This document shows, one piece after another, positions 55,172 through 64,000 of a DNA stretch of 64,000 bases. Position 1 is the stretch's first letter; each line of letters begins with the position of its first letter. Made by a program: the position numbers and the translations under genes. The stretch lies in contig CAWJLW010000006.1 of NCBI GenBank assembly GCA_963843795.1, forward strand, positions 1,426,001-1,490,000, given 5' to 3'. The notes beneath the pieces are model-generated. The model did not search any database. It was not told the DNA's origin and was given only the letters and a program-made list of their open reading frames with translations. Source of the DNA: an uncultured bacterium. Its GTDB lineage: Bacteria; Armatimonadota; Abditibacteriia; Abditibacteriales; Abditibacteriaceae.

Positions 55172-57073
55172 ATGTGTGGGATTGTCGGGGTTCTTCAATT
55201 AGACGGCGCGCGGGCCGAGCGCTCGCAGGTGCAGCGTATGAACGACTGCATCGTGCATCGTGGGCCGGACGAGCAGGGCGTGTGGGTGCAAGGCCCCGTC
55301 GCCATTGCGATGCGTCGCCTCTCGATTATCGATCTGGCCAGCGGGCAGCAGCCGATGAGCAACGAAGACCAGAAAGTGTGGATCGTTTTCAACGGCGAAA
55401 TCTACAACTTCGCCGAACTGCGCGAACGTCTCATTGCTAAAGGCCACATTTTTCGCACGCATTCTGATACCGAAACCATCATTCATGCGTATGAAGAATG
55501 GGGCGAGGATTGTCCCAAGTACTTGCGTGGTATGTTCGCTTTCGCGATTTATGATGCGCGTCAGGGTGATGAAAATTACACCTTGTTTTTGGCGCGTGAT
55601 CGCGTCGGCAAAAAGCCGCTGCTTTATACGACTTCGGGCCGACAATTTATCTGGGGTTCGGAATTTCAAGCGATTTTAGCCAACTCGCAAGTCGCACGTC
55701 GTCCGTATTTCGCCGCCATCGATTCGTATCTGGCGACCAGTGCCGTGCCCGCGCCGATGACGGCGTATGAAGGTATTCACAAATTGCCGCCCGCGCATTC
55801 GCTGACGATTCATCAAGGCGAAATCAAGCTGCGCCGCTACTGGTCGCTCGACTTCACCAAGAAAATCAAAATTTCGGAAGAAGACGCTGCCGAGGAGCTG
55901 ATCGAGCGTTTAGACGAAGCCGTGCGCGTGCGCATGATTTCCGAAGTGCCCTTGGGCGCTTTTCTTTCCGGCGGCATCGATTCAAGCGCGATTGTCGCAA
56001 TGATGGCGCGCCACTCGACGCGACCTGTGAAAACGTTTTCTATCGGTTTCAAAGAAAAAAGCTATTCGGAAATTGAACACGCGCGCCGCATTGCGCGCCT
56101 TTACGGTACCGATCACACCGAAGTCATCGTTGAGCCTCACGCGATTGATATTTTGCCGCAGCTAGTGCGTCATTATGGCGAACCGTTCGCTGATTCCAGT
56201 GCGGTGCCGACGTTTTATGTTTCGCAAATTACGCGTCGTCATGTCACGGTGGCTCTGGCGGGCGATGGCGGAGACGAATTGTTCGCTGGCTACGAGCGTC
56301 ATCGCGCAATGAGCTTTACCGAAATGGTGCCACGCGGCTTGTTGCGCACCGCGTCGCGCATGAGCAATTATCTGCCCGATGGTGTCGATTTTCGTTCATT
56401 CAATGTGCGTTTGAAACGGATGTTACAAGCCGCTGCTCAAACGCGCTCGCAGCGTTATTTGCAGTGGATTAGTGCTTTTAGCGCGGCACAAAAACGCGAA
56501 CTTTACACGCGCGAATTTTGCGAATTATCAGGCTTTGGTCGCACTAAACAGCCAACCGAACAATGGCTCATTAACCATCGCAATTTGAACGTGATCGACG
56601 CGTGTTTGCTGACCGATACCAACACATATTTGCCCGATGACTTGCTGGTGAAAGTCGATATCACAAGCATGGCGAACAGTTTGGAAGTGCGCGCGCCGTT
56701 TTTGGACACGCCGCTGATGGAATGGGCAGCGACTCTGCCACCAAATTTGAAACTTAAAGGCAAAGTTTCGAAATATATCTTGCGCAAGGCCTTAGCTGAC
56801 AATAATTTGGTTCCGCGTGAAAATATGGAGCGCCCGAAAATGGGCTTTGGCGTGCCGATTCGCCACTGGTTCCACGATGCGATGAAAGCGCTTTTGTATG
56901 ACACTGTTTTGTCTGACCGCGCTTTCGCGCGCGGCTATTTCAAGCCGGACGCGGTGCGAAATTTAGTCAACGAACATTGGGAAGGCCGACAAGACCACGC
57001 GTATCGCTTGTGGGCGCTGCTGATGCTGGAATTGTGGCATCGCGAATTTATCGACAATTTTCCGTCGAAGTGA
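55172..57073 (+). CDS. asnB: Asparagine synthase (glutamine-hydrolysing) family amidotransferase, EPS-associated
   Basis: MCGIVG, HRGPD, RRLSIID, NGEIYN, LSGGIDSS, GDGGDE, EVRAPFLD. Confidence 0.93.
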   Translation: MCGIVGVLQLDGARAERSQVQRMNDCIVHRGPDEQGVWVQGPVAIAMRRLSIIDLASGQQPMSNEDQKVWIVFNGEIYNFAELRERLIAKGHIFRTHSDTETIIHAYEEWGEDCPKYLRGMFAFAIYDARQGDENYTLFLARDRVGKKPLLYTTSGRQFIWGSEFQAILANSQVARRPYFAAIDSYLATSAVPAPMTAYEGIHKLPPAHSLTIHQGEIKLRRYWSLDFTKKIKISEEDAAEELIERLDEAVRVRMISEVPLGAFLSGGIDSSAIVAMMARHSTRPVKTFSIGFKEKSYSEIEHARRIARLYGTDHTEVIVEPHAIDILPQLVRHYGEPFADSSAVPTFYVSQITRRHVTVALAGDGGDELFAGYERHRAMSFTEMVPRGLLRTASRMSNYLPDGVDFRSFNVRLKRMLQAAAQTRSQRYLQWISAFSAAQKRELYTREFCELSGFGRTKQPTEQWLINHRNLNVIDACLLTDTNTYLPDDLLVKVDITSMANSLEVRAPFLDTPLMEWAATLPPNLKLKGKVSKYILRKALADNNLVPRENMERPKMGFGVPIRHWFHDAMKALLYDTVLSDRAFARGYFKPDAVRNLVNEHWEGRQDHAYRLWALLMLELWHREFIDNFPSK

Positions 57074-57087
57074 AAAGAAAATGTCGT

Positions 57088-57119
57088 AAAACGCCCTGCA
57101 AGTACTTGCAGGGCATTTT
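57088..57119. repeat. Core palindrome with GCCC/GGGC arms
   Basis: AAAAC-GCCC-TGCAAGTACTTGCA-GGGC-ATTTT. Confidence 0.9.
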
Positions 57120-57147
57120 CTTGAAAAACCGAGTTTTTAAAAGCATT

Positions 57148-58381
57148 GTGAGTTCACCCAAAATCCCCCAATTGCCCTTTTCCGATCAACGCTTGCGCGT
57201 GATGCGATTGATCGCGCGTCTTAATATCGGCGGCCCGGCCATTCACACCACACTTTTGACCGAACGCTTGAATCCACAGCGATTTTCTTCGACTTTGGTG
57301 ACTGGCGTCGAAGCGGCCAACGAAGGCCACATGTGGGAATTGATGGGGCCGCGCGATTGGCAACCGATAATCGTGCCTTCGCTGGGGCGTGAAATTTCGC
57401 CGAAAAACGACATCAGCACGCTCCGCGAGGTTGTGCGTTTAATGCGCGCTCAACAGCCGCACATTGTGCATACGCACACGGCTAAAGCCGGCTTTGTCGG
57501 GCGTATGGCGGCGCGTTTGTGCCGTGTACCAATTGTGATTCACACGTTTCACGGCAATGTTTTCAACGGCTACTTTTCGCCGCGCAAAACAAAACTATTC
57601 ATCGGTGTCGAAAAAATGCTGGCTCGTAGGCACCGACCGCATCATCGTGCTGGGTGAGCAACAGAAAAACGAAATTCTACAACTGGGCATCGGGCGCGAA
57701 AAACAGTTTCGCATTGTGCCGCTGGGCTTGGATTTGAAGCCATTTTTGGAAGCCGAACAATGGCGCGGGCAGTTGAAAAGCGAATTGGGTCTCGCGCCCC
57801 AAACTCCTCTGGTTGGCATCGTAGCGCGTCTGGTTCCAATCAAAGCAATAGATATTTTTCTCAAGGCTGCCGCGCAAGTACTTGCAGCGCAACCAGATGC
57901 GCATTTTGTGATTGCGGGCGATGGCGATTTGCGCGCTGAACTGGAAAAATTATCGCAAACTTTAAAAATTCAACATCGCGTGCATTTTTTGGGTTTTCGT
58001 GCCGATTTGCCGCGCATCAACGCCGATTTAAGTTGCAAGGTTTTGTGTTCTTTGAACGAAGGTTTACCAGTCGCCGTCATCGAGGCGCTCGCTTCAGCGC
58101 GGCCTGTCGTGGCCACTGATGTAGGCAGCGTTAAAGATTTAGTAGTCAACGAAGATAGCGGCGTTTTGGTGCCATCGGGCGACGTTGATGCTCTGGCTCA
58201 GGGGATTTTGCGGGTTTTGGAAAAACCCGAACGCGCGGCGCAGTGGGGGAAAAATGGGCGTGAAAGAGTTTTTCCCGCACTAGATATCAGCCGTTTGGTG
58301 AGTGACATCGAAGCATTGTATTGGGAAGTGGCGCGTGAGAAAAATCTGCCGACCAAAAAAGAGCCATTGGTAAAATCATGA
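57148..58381 (+). pseudogene. GT4 glycosyltransferase with +1 frameshift near 57628
   Basis: IARLNIGGPA...HTAKAG...EKMLAR then a shift to GTDRIIVL...NEGLPVAVIEA; start uncertain. Confidence 0.8.
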
Positions 58382-58468
58382 GACGACGCGGCCTGAAAGT
58401 GCGATAATATCACGCGCACGACAAAATTTGAATTGTAAAAATGAATTGAAATTGAAAGGGGAACTGTT

Positions 58469-59413
58469 TTGGCCGGAAATGCTGTGGTTTTGGTGACAGG
58501 CGGCGCTGGTTTTATCGGCTCGCATCTGGTGCGCCGCTTGTTGAACGATAATTATTCGGTTCGTGTCTTGGATAATCTCGCGACCGGGAAGTTGGAAAAT
58601 CTCGCGCCAGTGCAAAATGACATCGAAATGATCAACGGCAGTATCGCCGATGAGGATGCCGTGTCGCGCGCCGTCAGCGGAGTTGATTTTATCCTGCATC
58701 AAGCGGCGATTCCATCCGTGCCACGCTCGGTGCGCGACCCGATTGGCTCCAATGAAATCAACGTCGATGGCACGTTGCTCCTGCTCAATGTAGCACGTCA
58801 GTCCGGTGTGCAGCGCGTGGTTTACGCTGCTTCCTCGAGCGCTTATGGTAACACACCAATTCTGCCCAAAGTGGAAACTATGCGCAGCGAACCTCTATCG
58901 CCCTATGCCGTAGCGAAGTTGGCGGGCGAAAATTACTGCCGCGCCTTTACTCACGTTTACGGGTTGGAAACCGTTGCCCTTCGATATTTCAATGTTTTCG
59001 GCCCGCGCCAAGACCCGATGTCGGAATACGCTGCGGTGATTCCCAAATTTATTTTGGCCTTGTTGAACAATCAGCCGATTACAATTCACGGCGACGGCGA
59101 ACAATCACGCGATTTTACTTACATCGACAATACGGTGGATGGCAATCTGCGCGCGATGAATTCGCCCAACGCCAGCGGCGAAATGATGAATCTGGCGTGC
59201 GGCGCGAGCTTTACGCTCAACGATTTGGTGCGCGAACTGGAAGCCATCACCGGTCGCAAGGCCAATGTGCAACATTTGGAGAAGCGCACCGGCGATGTGA
59301 AAGATTCGCTGGCCGATATCGACAAAGCGCGCCGCTTGCTCGATTACGAACCGCTGGTTTCGTTTCGGGAAGGTTTAGAGCGCACGGTCAAGTACTTTCA
59401 AGACACTATTTAA
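58469..59413 (+). CDS. NAD-dependent sugar epimerase (UDP-GlcNAc/Glc 4-epimerase-like)
   Basis: TGGAGFIGS, AASSS, YAVAK, LRYFNVFGPRQDP; TTG start. Confidence 0.9.
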   Translation: MAGNAVVLVTGGAGFIGSHLVRRLLNDNYSVRVLDNLATGKLENLAPVQNDIEMINGSIADEDAVSRAVSGVDFILHQAAIPSVPRSVRDPIGSNEINVDGTLLLLNVARQSGVQRVVYAASSSAYGNTPILPKVETMRSEPLSPYAVAKLAGENYCRAFTHVYGLETVALRYFNVFGPRQDPMSEYAAVIPKFILALLNNQPITIHGDGEQSRDFTYIDNTVDGNLRAMNSPNASGEMMNLACGASFTLNDLVRELEAITGRKANVQHLEKRTGDVKDSLADIDKARRLLDYEPLVSFREGLERTVKYFQDTI

Positions 59414-59442
59414 TAGTTATAGCTATAGAGGCGGAATATCAG

Positions 59443-60417
59443 TTGAAGATTCTCATTACGGGCGGCGCGGGCTTTATCGGCTCGCATTTATCGGAATTGT
59501 TGCTGCAAGACCCGGAAACTCAGGTCACTATCGTCGATTCTTTATCGACGGGCACCTATCACAACATTCAGCATCTCACTCACAACAGCAATTATCGCTT
59601 AATTGTTGCGCCAGTCACCGACACCAAAATTCTTGAACCCTTAGTCGAAGCCAGCGATCACGTTTATCATTTGGCTGCTGCCGTCGGCGTGCGTCGTATT
59701 ATCGAGCAGCCGGTCGAAACCATTGAAACCAACATTTTGGGCACCGAAGCCGTTCTCAGCCTGGCGGCTAAATATCACAAGAAAGTTTTGGTCGCTTCGA
59801 CTTCGGAAGTTTATGGCAAGAACTCTAACGTGCCTTTTAGCGAAGACGACGACAGCGTGTTCGGCGCGACCACCAAAAGCCGATGGAGCTACGCTTGCTC
59901 CAAAGCCATAGACGAATTTTTGGCCCTTGCCTATCACAAGGAAAAAGGTTTGCCGGTTGTTATCGTGCGCTTTTTCAATACGGTCGGCCCGCGCCAGACC
60001 GGTCGTTATGGCATGGTCATTCCCAATTTGGTTAAGCAGGCTTTACGAAACTTGCCGCTCACCGTTTTCGGCGATGGCCAGCAATCTCGCTGTTTCACTC
60101 ATGTCAAAGATTCCATTAAATGCCAGACGGCGCTGATGAACGAACCGCGTGCGATTGGACAAGTCTTTAATTTAGGTGCGAATCAGGAAGTTACCATTGA
60201 AGATCTCGCGCGCCGCATCATTGAAATGACCGGCTCCCATTCGCAGTTGCGCTATATGTCGTATGAGGAAGCCTATGAATCCGGCTTTGAAGATATGCGC
60301 CGCCGCGTGCCCGATACTACCAAAGTGCGCAATTTACTGGGATTCGCGCCTGACTCCAAACTCGACGATATTCTGCATGATGTCATCGAATATTTTCGCG
60401 CGCACCCCGAAATTTAA
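59443..60417 (+). CDS. NAD-dependent epimerase/dehydratase (UDP-GlcA decarboxylase-like)
   Basis: TTG start; TGGAGFIGS, STSEVYG, RWSYACSK, RFFNTVGPRQ. Confidence 0.88.
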   Translation: MKILITGGAGFIGSHLSELLLQDPETQVTIVDSLSTGTYHNIQHLTHNSNYRLIVAPVTDTKILEPLVEASDHVYHLAAAVGVRRIIEQPVETIETNILGTEAVLSLAAKYHKKVLVASTSEVYGKNSNVPFSEDDDSVFGATTKSRWSYACSKAIDEFLALAYHKEKGLPVVIVRFFNTVGPRQTGRYGMVIPNLVKQALRNLPLTVFGDGQQSRCFTHVKDSIKCQTALMNEPRAIGQVFNLGANQEVTIEDLARRIIEMTGSHSQLRYMSYEEAYESGFEDMRRRVPDTTKVRNLLGFAPDSKLDDILHDVIEYFRAHPEI

Positions 60418-60433
60418 AACCTTTGTGCGATTG

Positions 60434-60473
60434 AAAAATTCCTTTCTGCAAGTACTTGCAGAAAGGAATTTTT
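60434..60473. terminator. 40-bp perfect palindrome / terminator
   Basis: AAAAATTCCTTTC-TGCAAGTACTTGCA-GAAAGGAATTTTT after the EPS operon. Confidence 0.85.
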
Positions 60474-60590
60474 ATTTGCGTTGCGAATTTTTAGACACAG
60501 CAATAACCAGAAAATGCAACGCTCCACAACACATCGCGTTGGAAAAATCGAACGTCACCGCACCACGCAATTTATACTGCGAGCATCCTT

Positions 60591-61877
60591 ATGAATATCT
60601 GGAATCAAGCCATCGAACGCGCCGGACTGTCGGAAATTCACGCCAAAGTTTTGGCGGGACAACGTCTCAGCTATGACGACGGGCTGCAATTATACGCGAC
60701 ACCGGCTCTTTCTGTTGTTGGTTATCTGGCCAACATTGTGCGCGAGCGATTGAATGGCAACAACGCTTACTGGGTGCGCAATCAGCACGTCAATTACACC
60801 AACATTTGCAACAAAGGTTGCCTATTTTGTTCGTTCTACGCCAAGCCCAAAGATGACCCGCGCGCTTATGTGATGTCGCCGGAACAAGCGGCACAAAAGG
60901 TCGCTAATTATGGCGATGTGCCGATTTCGGAAATTCATGTCGTCGGCGGCGTCAATCCGAAATTGCCCTACGATTATTATCTCGATTTGCTGCGCGCTAT
61001 CAAAGCCGCGCGGCCCGCAGCGCACATCAAAGCGTTCACGATGATTGAAATCGACCAGATCGTGCGCGCGGCCAAGAAAACTCCTGCTGAAGTCTTTGAA
61101 GATTTGAAAGCTGCGGGTTTGGACGCACTGCCCGGCGGCGGCGCCGAAGTAATGAGCGAACGCGTGCACGAAGATTTGTTCGCCGCTAAGCCCAATGCCG
61201 CGCGCTGGCTCGAACTGGCGCAAATCGCGCATCGCGCCGGATTGAAAACTAACGCGACTTTGCTTTATGGACACGTCGAACAAACGCCGGAAAAAGTGGA
61301 GCATTTCGTGCGTTTGCGCGAAGCGCAGGACGAAAGTTTGGCCAATACAACTGGCGGATTCTTGACGTTTATTCCCCTGAGTTGGCATCCCGAAAAGACC
61401 GCATTAGAATCGATTGCGCCGCCAACCGGCGTTGAGGATTTGCGCGAAATCGCGGTCGCGCGTTTGATGCTGGACAACTTTCCGCACATCAAAAGTTTTT
61501 GGATTATGAATAGCGCGCCGGTCACGCAAAGCGCGCTTTGGTACGGCGCGGATGATGTGGACGGAACGATTATGGAGTACGAAATCATTCGCGACCCGAC
61601 ACGCGACCGCAAACAGGTTTTGACTTCGCGCCAACTGGTCGAAATGATTATCGAAGCCGGTCGCGATCCTCTCGAACGCGACCCATTTTACAAAGTGTTA
61701 TCGCACGGTTTGGAAGGTGTGCACGACGTGGAAACTTTGCTGGTGAACGAGCGTGCGGATGCCGGACATAACGTGGCAAACTTGGATATTATGACGCGCA
61801 AAGATGTTGAAACGGCGGCGCAGAAACAAAAGGGTCGCGCCCGTGAGAAAGGTTTGATTCCTCTCGAAGCCGTGTAA
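60591..61877 (+). CDS. mqnE: Aminofutalosine synthase (radical SAM)
   Basis: NYTNICNKGCLFC, HIKAFT, PGGGAE, NATLLYGH, HIKSFW, GADDVDGT. Confidence 0.85.
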   Translation: MNIWNQAIERAGLSEIHAKVLAGQRLSYDDGLQLYATPALSVVGYLANIVRERLNGNNAYWVRNQHVNYTNICNKGCLFCSFYAKPKDDPRAYVMSPEQAAQKVANYGDVPISEIHVVGGVNPKLPYDYYLDLLRAIKAARPAAHIKAFTMIEIDQIVRAAKKTPAEVFEDLKAAGLDALPGGGAEVMSERVHEDLFAAKPNAARWLELAQIAHRAGLKTNATLLYGHVEQTPEKVEHFVRLREAQDESLANTTGGFLTFIPLSWHPEKTALESIAPPTGVEDLREIAVARLMLDNFPHIKSFWIMNSAPVTQSALWYGADDVDGTIMEYEIIRDPTRDRKQVLTSRQLVEMIIEAGRDPLERDPFYKVLSHGLEGVHDVETLLVNERADAGHNVANLDIMTRKDVETAAQKQKGRAREKGLIPLEAV

Positions 61878-61942
61878 AATATCCTGCACGCCGAACGCAT
61901 TAGTGGAAGCGTTCGAAAATTCTCGTTTTGGGAGATTCATCT

Positions 61943-62353
61943 ATGTCGATGCTGCAGGAATTTAAAGAGTTCGCGCTCAAAGGCAATATGCTCGATTTAG
62001 CGATTGGGCTAATTTTGGGCAGTTCGTTTGGTAACGTGGTCAATTCGTTAGTTACTGACTTGATTGTGCCAAGAATCAAGGGTTTAACCTCGGGCGATGT
62101 TAATGCGGCATTGGCGCCACTCGATTACGGCGCGGTTTTTGGCAGTTTGCTAAGTTTCGTGATGTTGAGTGCCGTAACATTTGTTGTGGTGAAAATTATC
62201 AATAAATTGAAGCGTGGCGAGGAGCCAGCGCCGGTCGAAAAAGAATGTCCGCACTGTTATTTTTCGGTTCCAGTCAAAGCCACGCGCTGCGGCCATTGCA
62301 CTTCTATGTTGGGCAACGATTCGATGCCTGAAACTGCAACCGTCACGCTTTGA
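61943..62353 (+). CDS. mscL: Large-conductance mechanosensitive channel with C-terminal zinc ribbon
   Basis: EFKEFALKGNMLDLAIG, VNSLVTDLI, CPHC...RCGHC. Confidence 0.9.
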   Translation: MSMLQEFKEFALKGNMLDLAIGLILGSSFGNVVNSLVTDLIVPRIKGLTSGDVNAALAPLDYGAVFGSLLSFVMLSAVTFVVVKIINKLKRGEEPAPVEKECPHCYFSVPVKATRCGHCTSMLGNDSMPETATVTL

Positions 62354-62438
62354 ATGCGCTGCAAGTACTTGCACTGCAGAAATGCAGCGCGGAACACGCC
62401 TGTAAAGCTGCTGGTCACAGTTAAAGGAGGTTGCGATA

Positions 62439-62726
62439 ATGAACACTTTCATTCCGCTCGAAGATGTGCGCGTGGCAACACCGTGCCGCGCTGACTGGAA
62501 CAAAATGGAGGGCGACGGCAACGCGCGTTTTTGCGGCTCGTGCGCCAAAAATGTTTACAACCTGTCCGAGATGACGCGCGCCGATGCCGAACACTTGATT
62601 CTGGAGCACGAAGGCCATTTATGTGTGCGCTATTATCAGCGCGCCGATGGCACCGTGCTCACCAAAGATTGTCCGGTTGGTATCACCGAACGTCGCCGTC
62701 CGTTCCGCGATCACCAACAATGTTAG
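62439..62726 (+). CDS. Small Cys-rich conserved hypothetical protein
   Basis: AAGGAGG RBS; PCRADWNKM...RFCGSCAKNVYNLSEM...LCVRYYQRADG...DCP. Confidence 0.8.
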   Translation: MNTFIPLEDVRVATPCRADWNKMEGDGNARFCGSCAKNVYNLSEMTRADAEHLILEHEGHLCVRYYQRADGTVLTKDCPVGITERRRPFRDHQQC

Positions 62727-62756
62727 GACAAATTGAAGCACCAAAGGAAAACCACG

Positions 62757-63896
62757 ATGAACAGCCCCGCAAGTACTTGCAGCCCCAATGAAACTCAAAA
62801 CATAGATGACATCGCGTCCAAAGTTTGGAATGGCGAACGTTTATCTTATGAAGATGGCGTGCGTTTGATGCATCATCCAAATTTGAACGAACTGGCGATT
62901 TTGGCCGATCACGTTCGCCAGCGCGTCAATCCGGGCCGCGTCGTGACGTATATCGCGGGGCGCAATATCAATTATTCCAACGTGTGCTGGGTGCAATGTA
63001 AGTTCTGCGCATTTTACGATTTGCCGTCCTCGCAAAAAGGCTACACGCTTTCGCACGATCAGATTTTTGGCAAAATCCAAGAAATGGTCGATTTGGGCGG
63101 TATCGAAATTCTGCTGCAAGGCGGCCTCAATCCGCGCTTGAAAATCGACTATTACGAAGATTTATTCAGCGCCATCAAAGCCAAATTCCCGCAAGTGTGG
63201 ATTCACGGACTCAGCGTCGCCGAAATTCTCTACATCGCCAAAATCTCACGCTTGAGTTTGGAAGACACCCTGAAACGTTTGCGCGCTGCCGGTTTGGGCA
63301 CGATTCCTGGCGCGGGTGCAGAAATGCTGGTCGATCGCGTGCGCAAAGTCATCGCGCCCTACAAAGATACGACTGCTGAATGGCTCGACACGATGAGTTT
63401 GTGGCACCGTTTGGGTGGCCATTCCAGCGTGACGATGATGTATGGAACGGTCGATACGCCCGAAGATCGAGTCGAGCACATGATTCGCACGCGCGATGTG
63501 CAAGATAAATCGCTGGCCGAAACCATGGGCAGTTTCACCGCGTTTATCGCGTGGAATTTTCAGCCTGATGGCACGCCATTAGGCAATCAATTGAAAAGTG
63601 AAACTCTCGATTGGCGCAAAGCCAGTGGCTTCGCTTATCTGCGCACCGTCGCCGTCGGACGTTTGCTGCTCGATAATATTCCACACCATCAAGCGAGTTG
63701 GGTCACGCAAGGCCCTAAAATCGCGCAAATCGCGCTAGATTATGGCTTAGACGATTTTGGCTCGACGATGATGGAAGAAAACGTGGTTTCCGCAGCCGGC
63801 ACCGATTTCGTGATGCCCATCAGCGAAATTGAACGCTTAATCAGCGAAGCGGGCTACGAACCCAAACGCCGCACTACACTTTACGAAGTGTTGTGA
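62757..63896 (+). CDS. mqnC: Cyclic dehypoxanthinyl futalosine synthase (radical SAM)
   Basis: RNINYSNVCWVQCKFC, LLQGG, PGAGAE, QASWVTQG, DFGSTMMEENVVSAAG. Confidence 0.92.
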   Translation: MNSPASTCSPNETQNIDDIASKVWNGERLSYEDGVRLMHHPNLNELAILADHVRQRVNPGRVVTYIAGRNINYSNVCWVQCKFCAFYDLPSSQKGYTLSHDQIFGKIQEMVDLGGIEILLQGGLNPRLKIDYYEDLFSAIKAKFPQVWIHGLSVAEILYIAKISRLSLEDTLKRLRAAGLGTIPGAGAEMLVDRVRKVIAPYKDTTAEWLDTMSLWHRLGGHSSVTMMYGTVDTPEDRVEHMIRTRDVQDKSLAETMGSFTAFIAWNFQPDGTPLGNQLKSETLDWRKASGFAYLRTVAVGRLLLDNIPHHQASWVTQGPKIAQIALDYGLDDFGSTMMEENVVSAAGTDFVMPISEIERLISEAGYEPKRRTTLYEVL

Positions 63897-63908
63897 ACTT
63901 GAAATTCA

Positions 63909-63942
63909 AAACGCGCCCTGCAAGTATTTGCAGGGCGCGTTT
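63909..63942 (+). terminator. Terminator with variant core (TGCAAGTATTTGCA)
   Basis: AAACGCGCCC-TGCAAGTATTTGCA-GGGCGCGTTT right after mqnC. Confidence 0.8.
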
Positions 63943-64000
63943 GTCGTTGTTTGAACTTGAAAATCAGTTCTATTAAACACTGCCTTTTGTTTGTTATGGG

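Noticed and set aside
62724..62756. Amber readthrough fusing the Cys-rich protein to MqnC
   Set aside because: The in-frame arrangement has a 1-in-3 chance, mqnC has its own AAGGA RBS and ATG at 62757, and there is no evidence of recoding.

Overview
A gene-dense bacterial chromosomal window. Gene content tentatively suggests a soil bacterium of the Abditibacteriota/Armatimonadota type; this is an inference, not a search result. It carries a lysine-pathway cluster (dapB, asd, dapA), secreted glycan-active and other hydrolases (GH74, GH2, GH43, sulfatase, sialate O-acetylesterase, PIG-L deacetylase, S1/P1 nuclease, proteases), groES-groEL with a perfect CIRCE, a MarR-EmrA-EmrB efflux operon, a NirA/Fe-S/flavoprotein module, an exopolysaccharide locus, and mqnE-mscL-mqnC. 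The dominant unexplained signal is a highly iterated, loopless palindrome (T)GCAAGTACTTGC(A). I counted 44 exact 12-mers by eye, about one per 1.5 kb, against roughly 0.004 expected by chance. It occupies most intergenic gaps and also sits in frame inside genes in all three frames (ASTC, QVLA, KYL). Many copies extend into perfect 22-58 bp palindromes whose arms differ at each locus, and some variants carry symmetric double substitutions. This suggests an active process that creates or maintains these palindromes, analogous to HIP1, DNA uptake sequences or nucleoid-protein sites, with a motif I do not recognise. Secondary observations are a GTAG-type REP doublet, an extremely long EmrA hairpin built of 28-aa repeats, a shared N-terminal peptide on three consecutive NirA-module proteins, and a cluster of single-base frameshifts that hides a dodecin gene.
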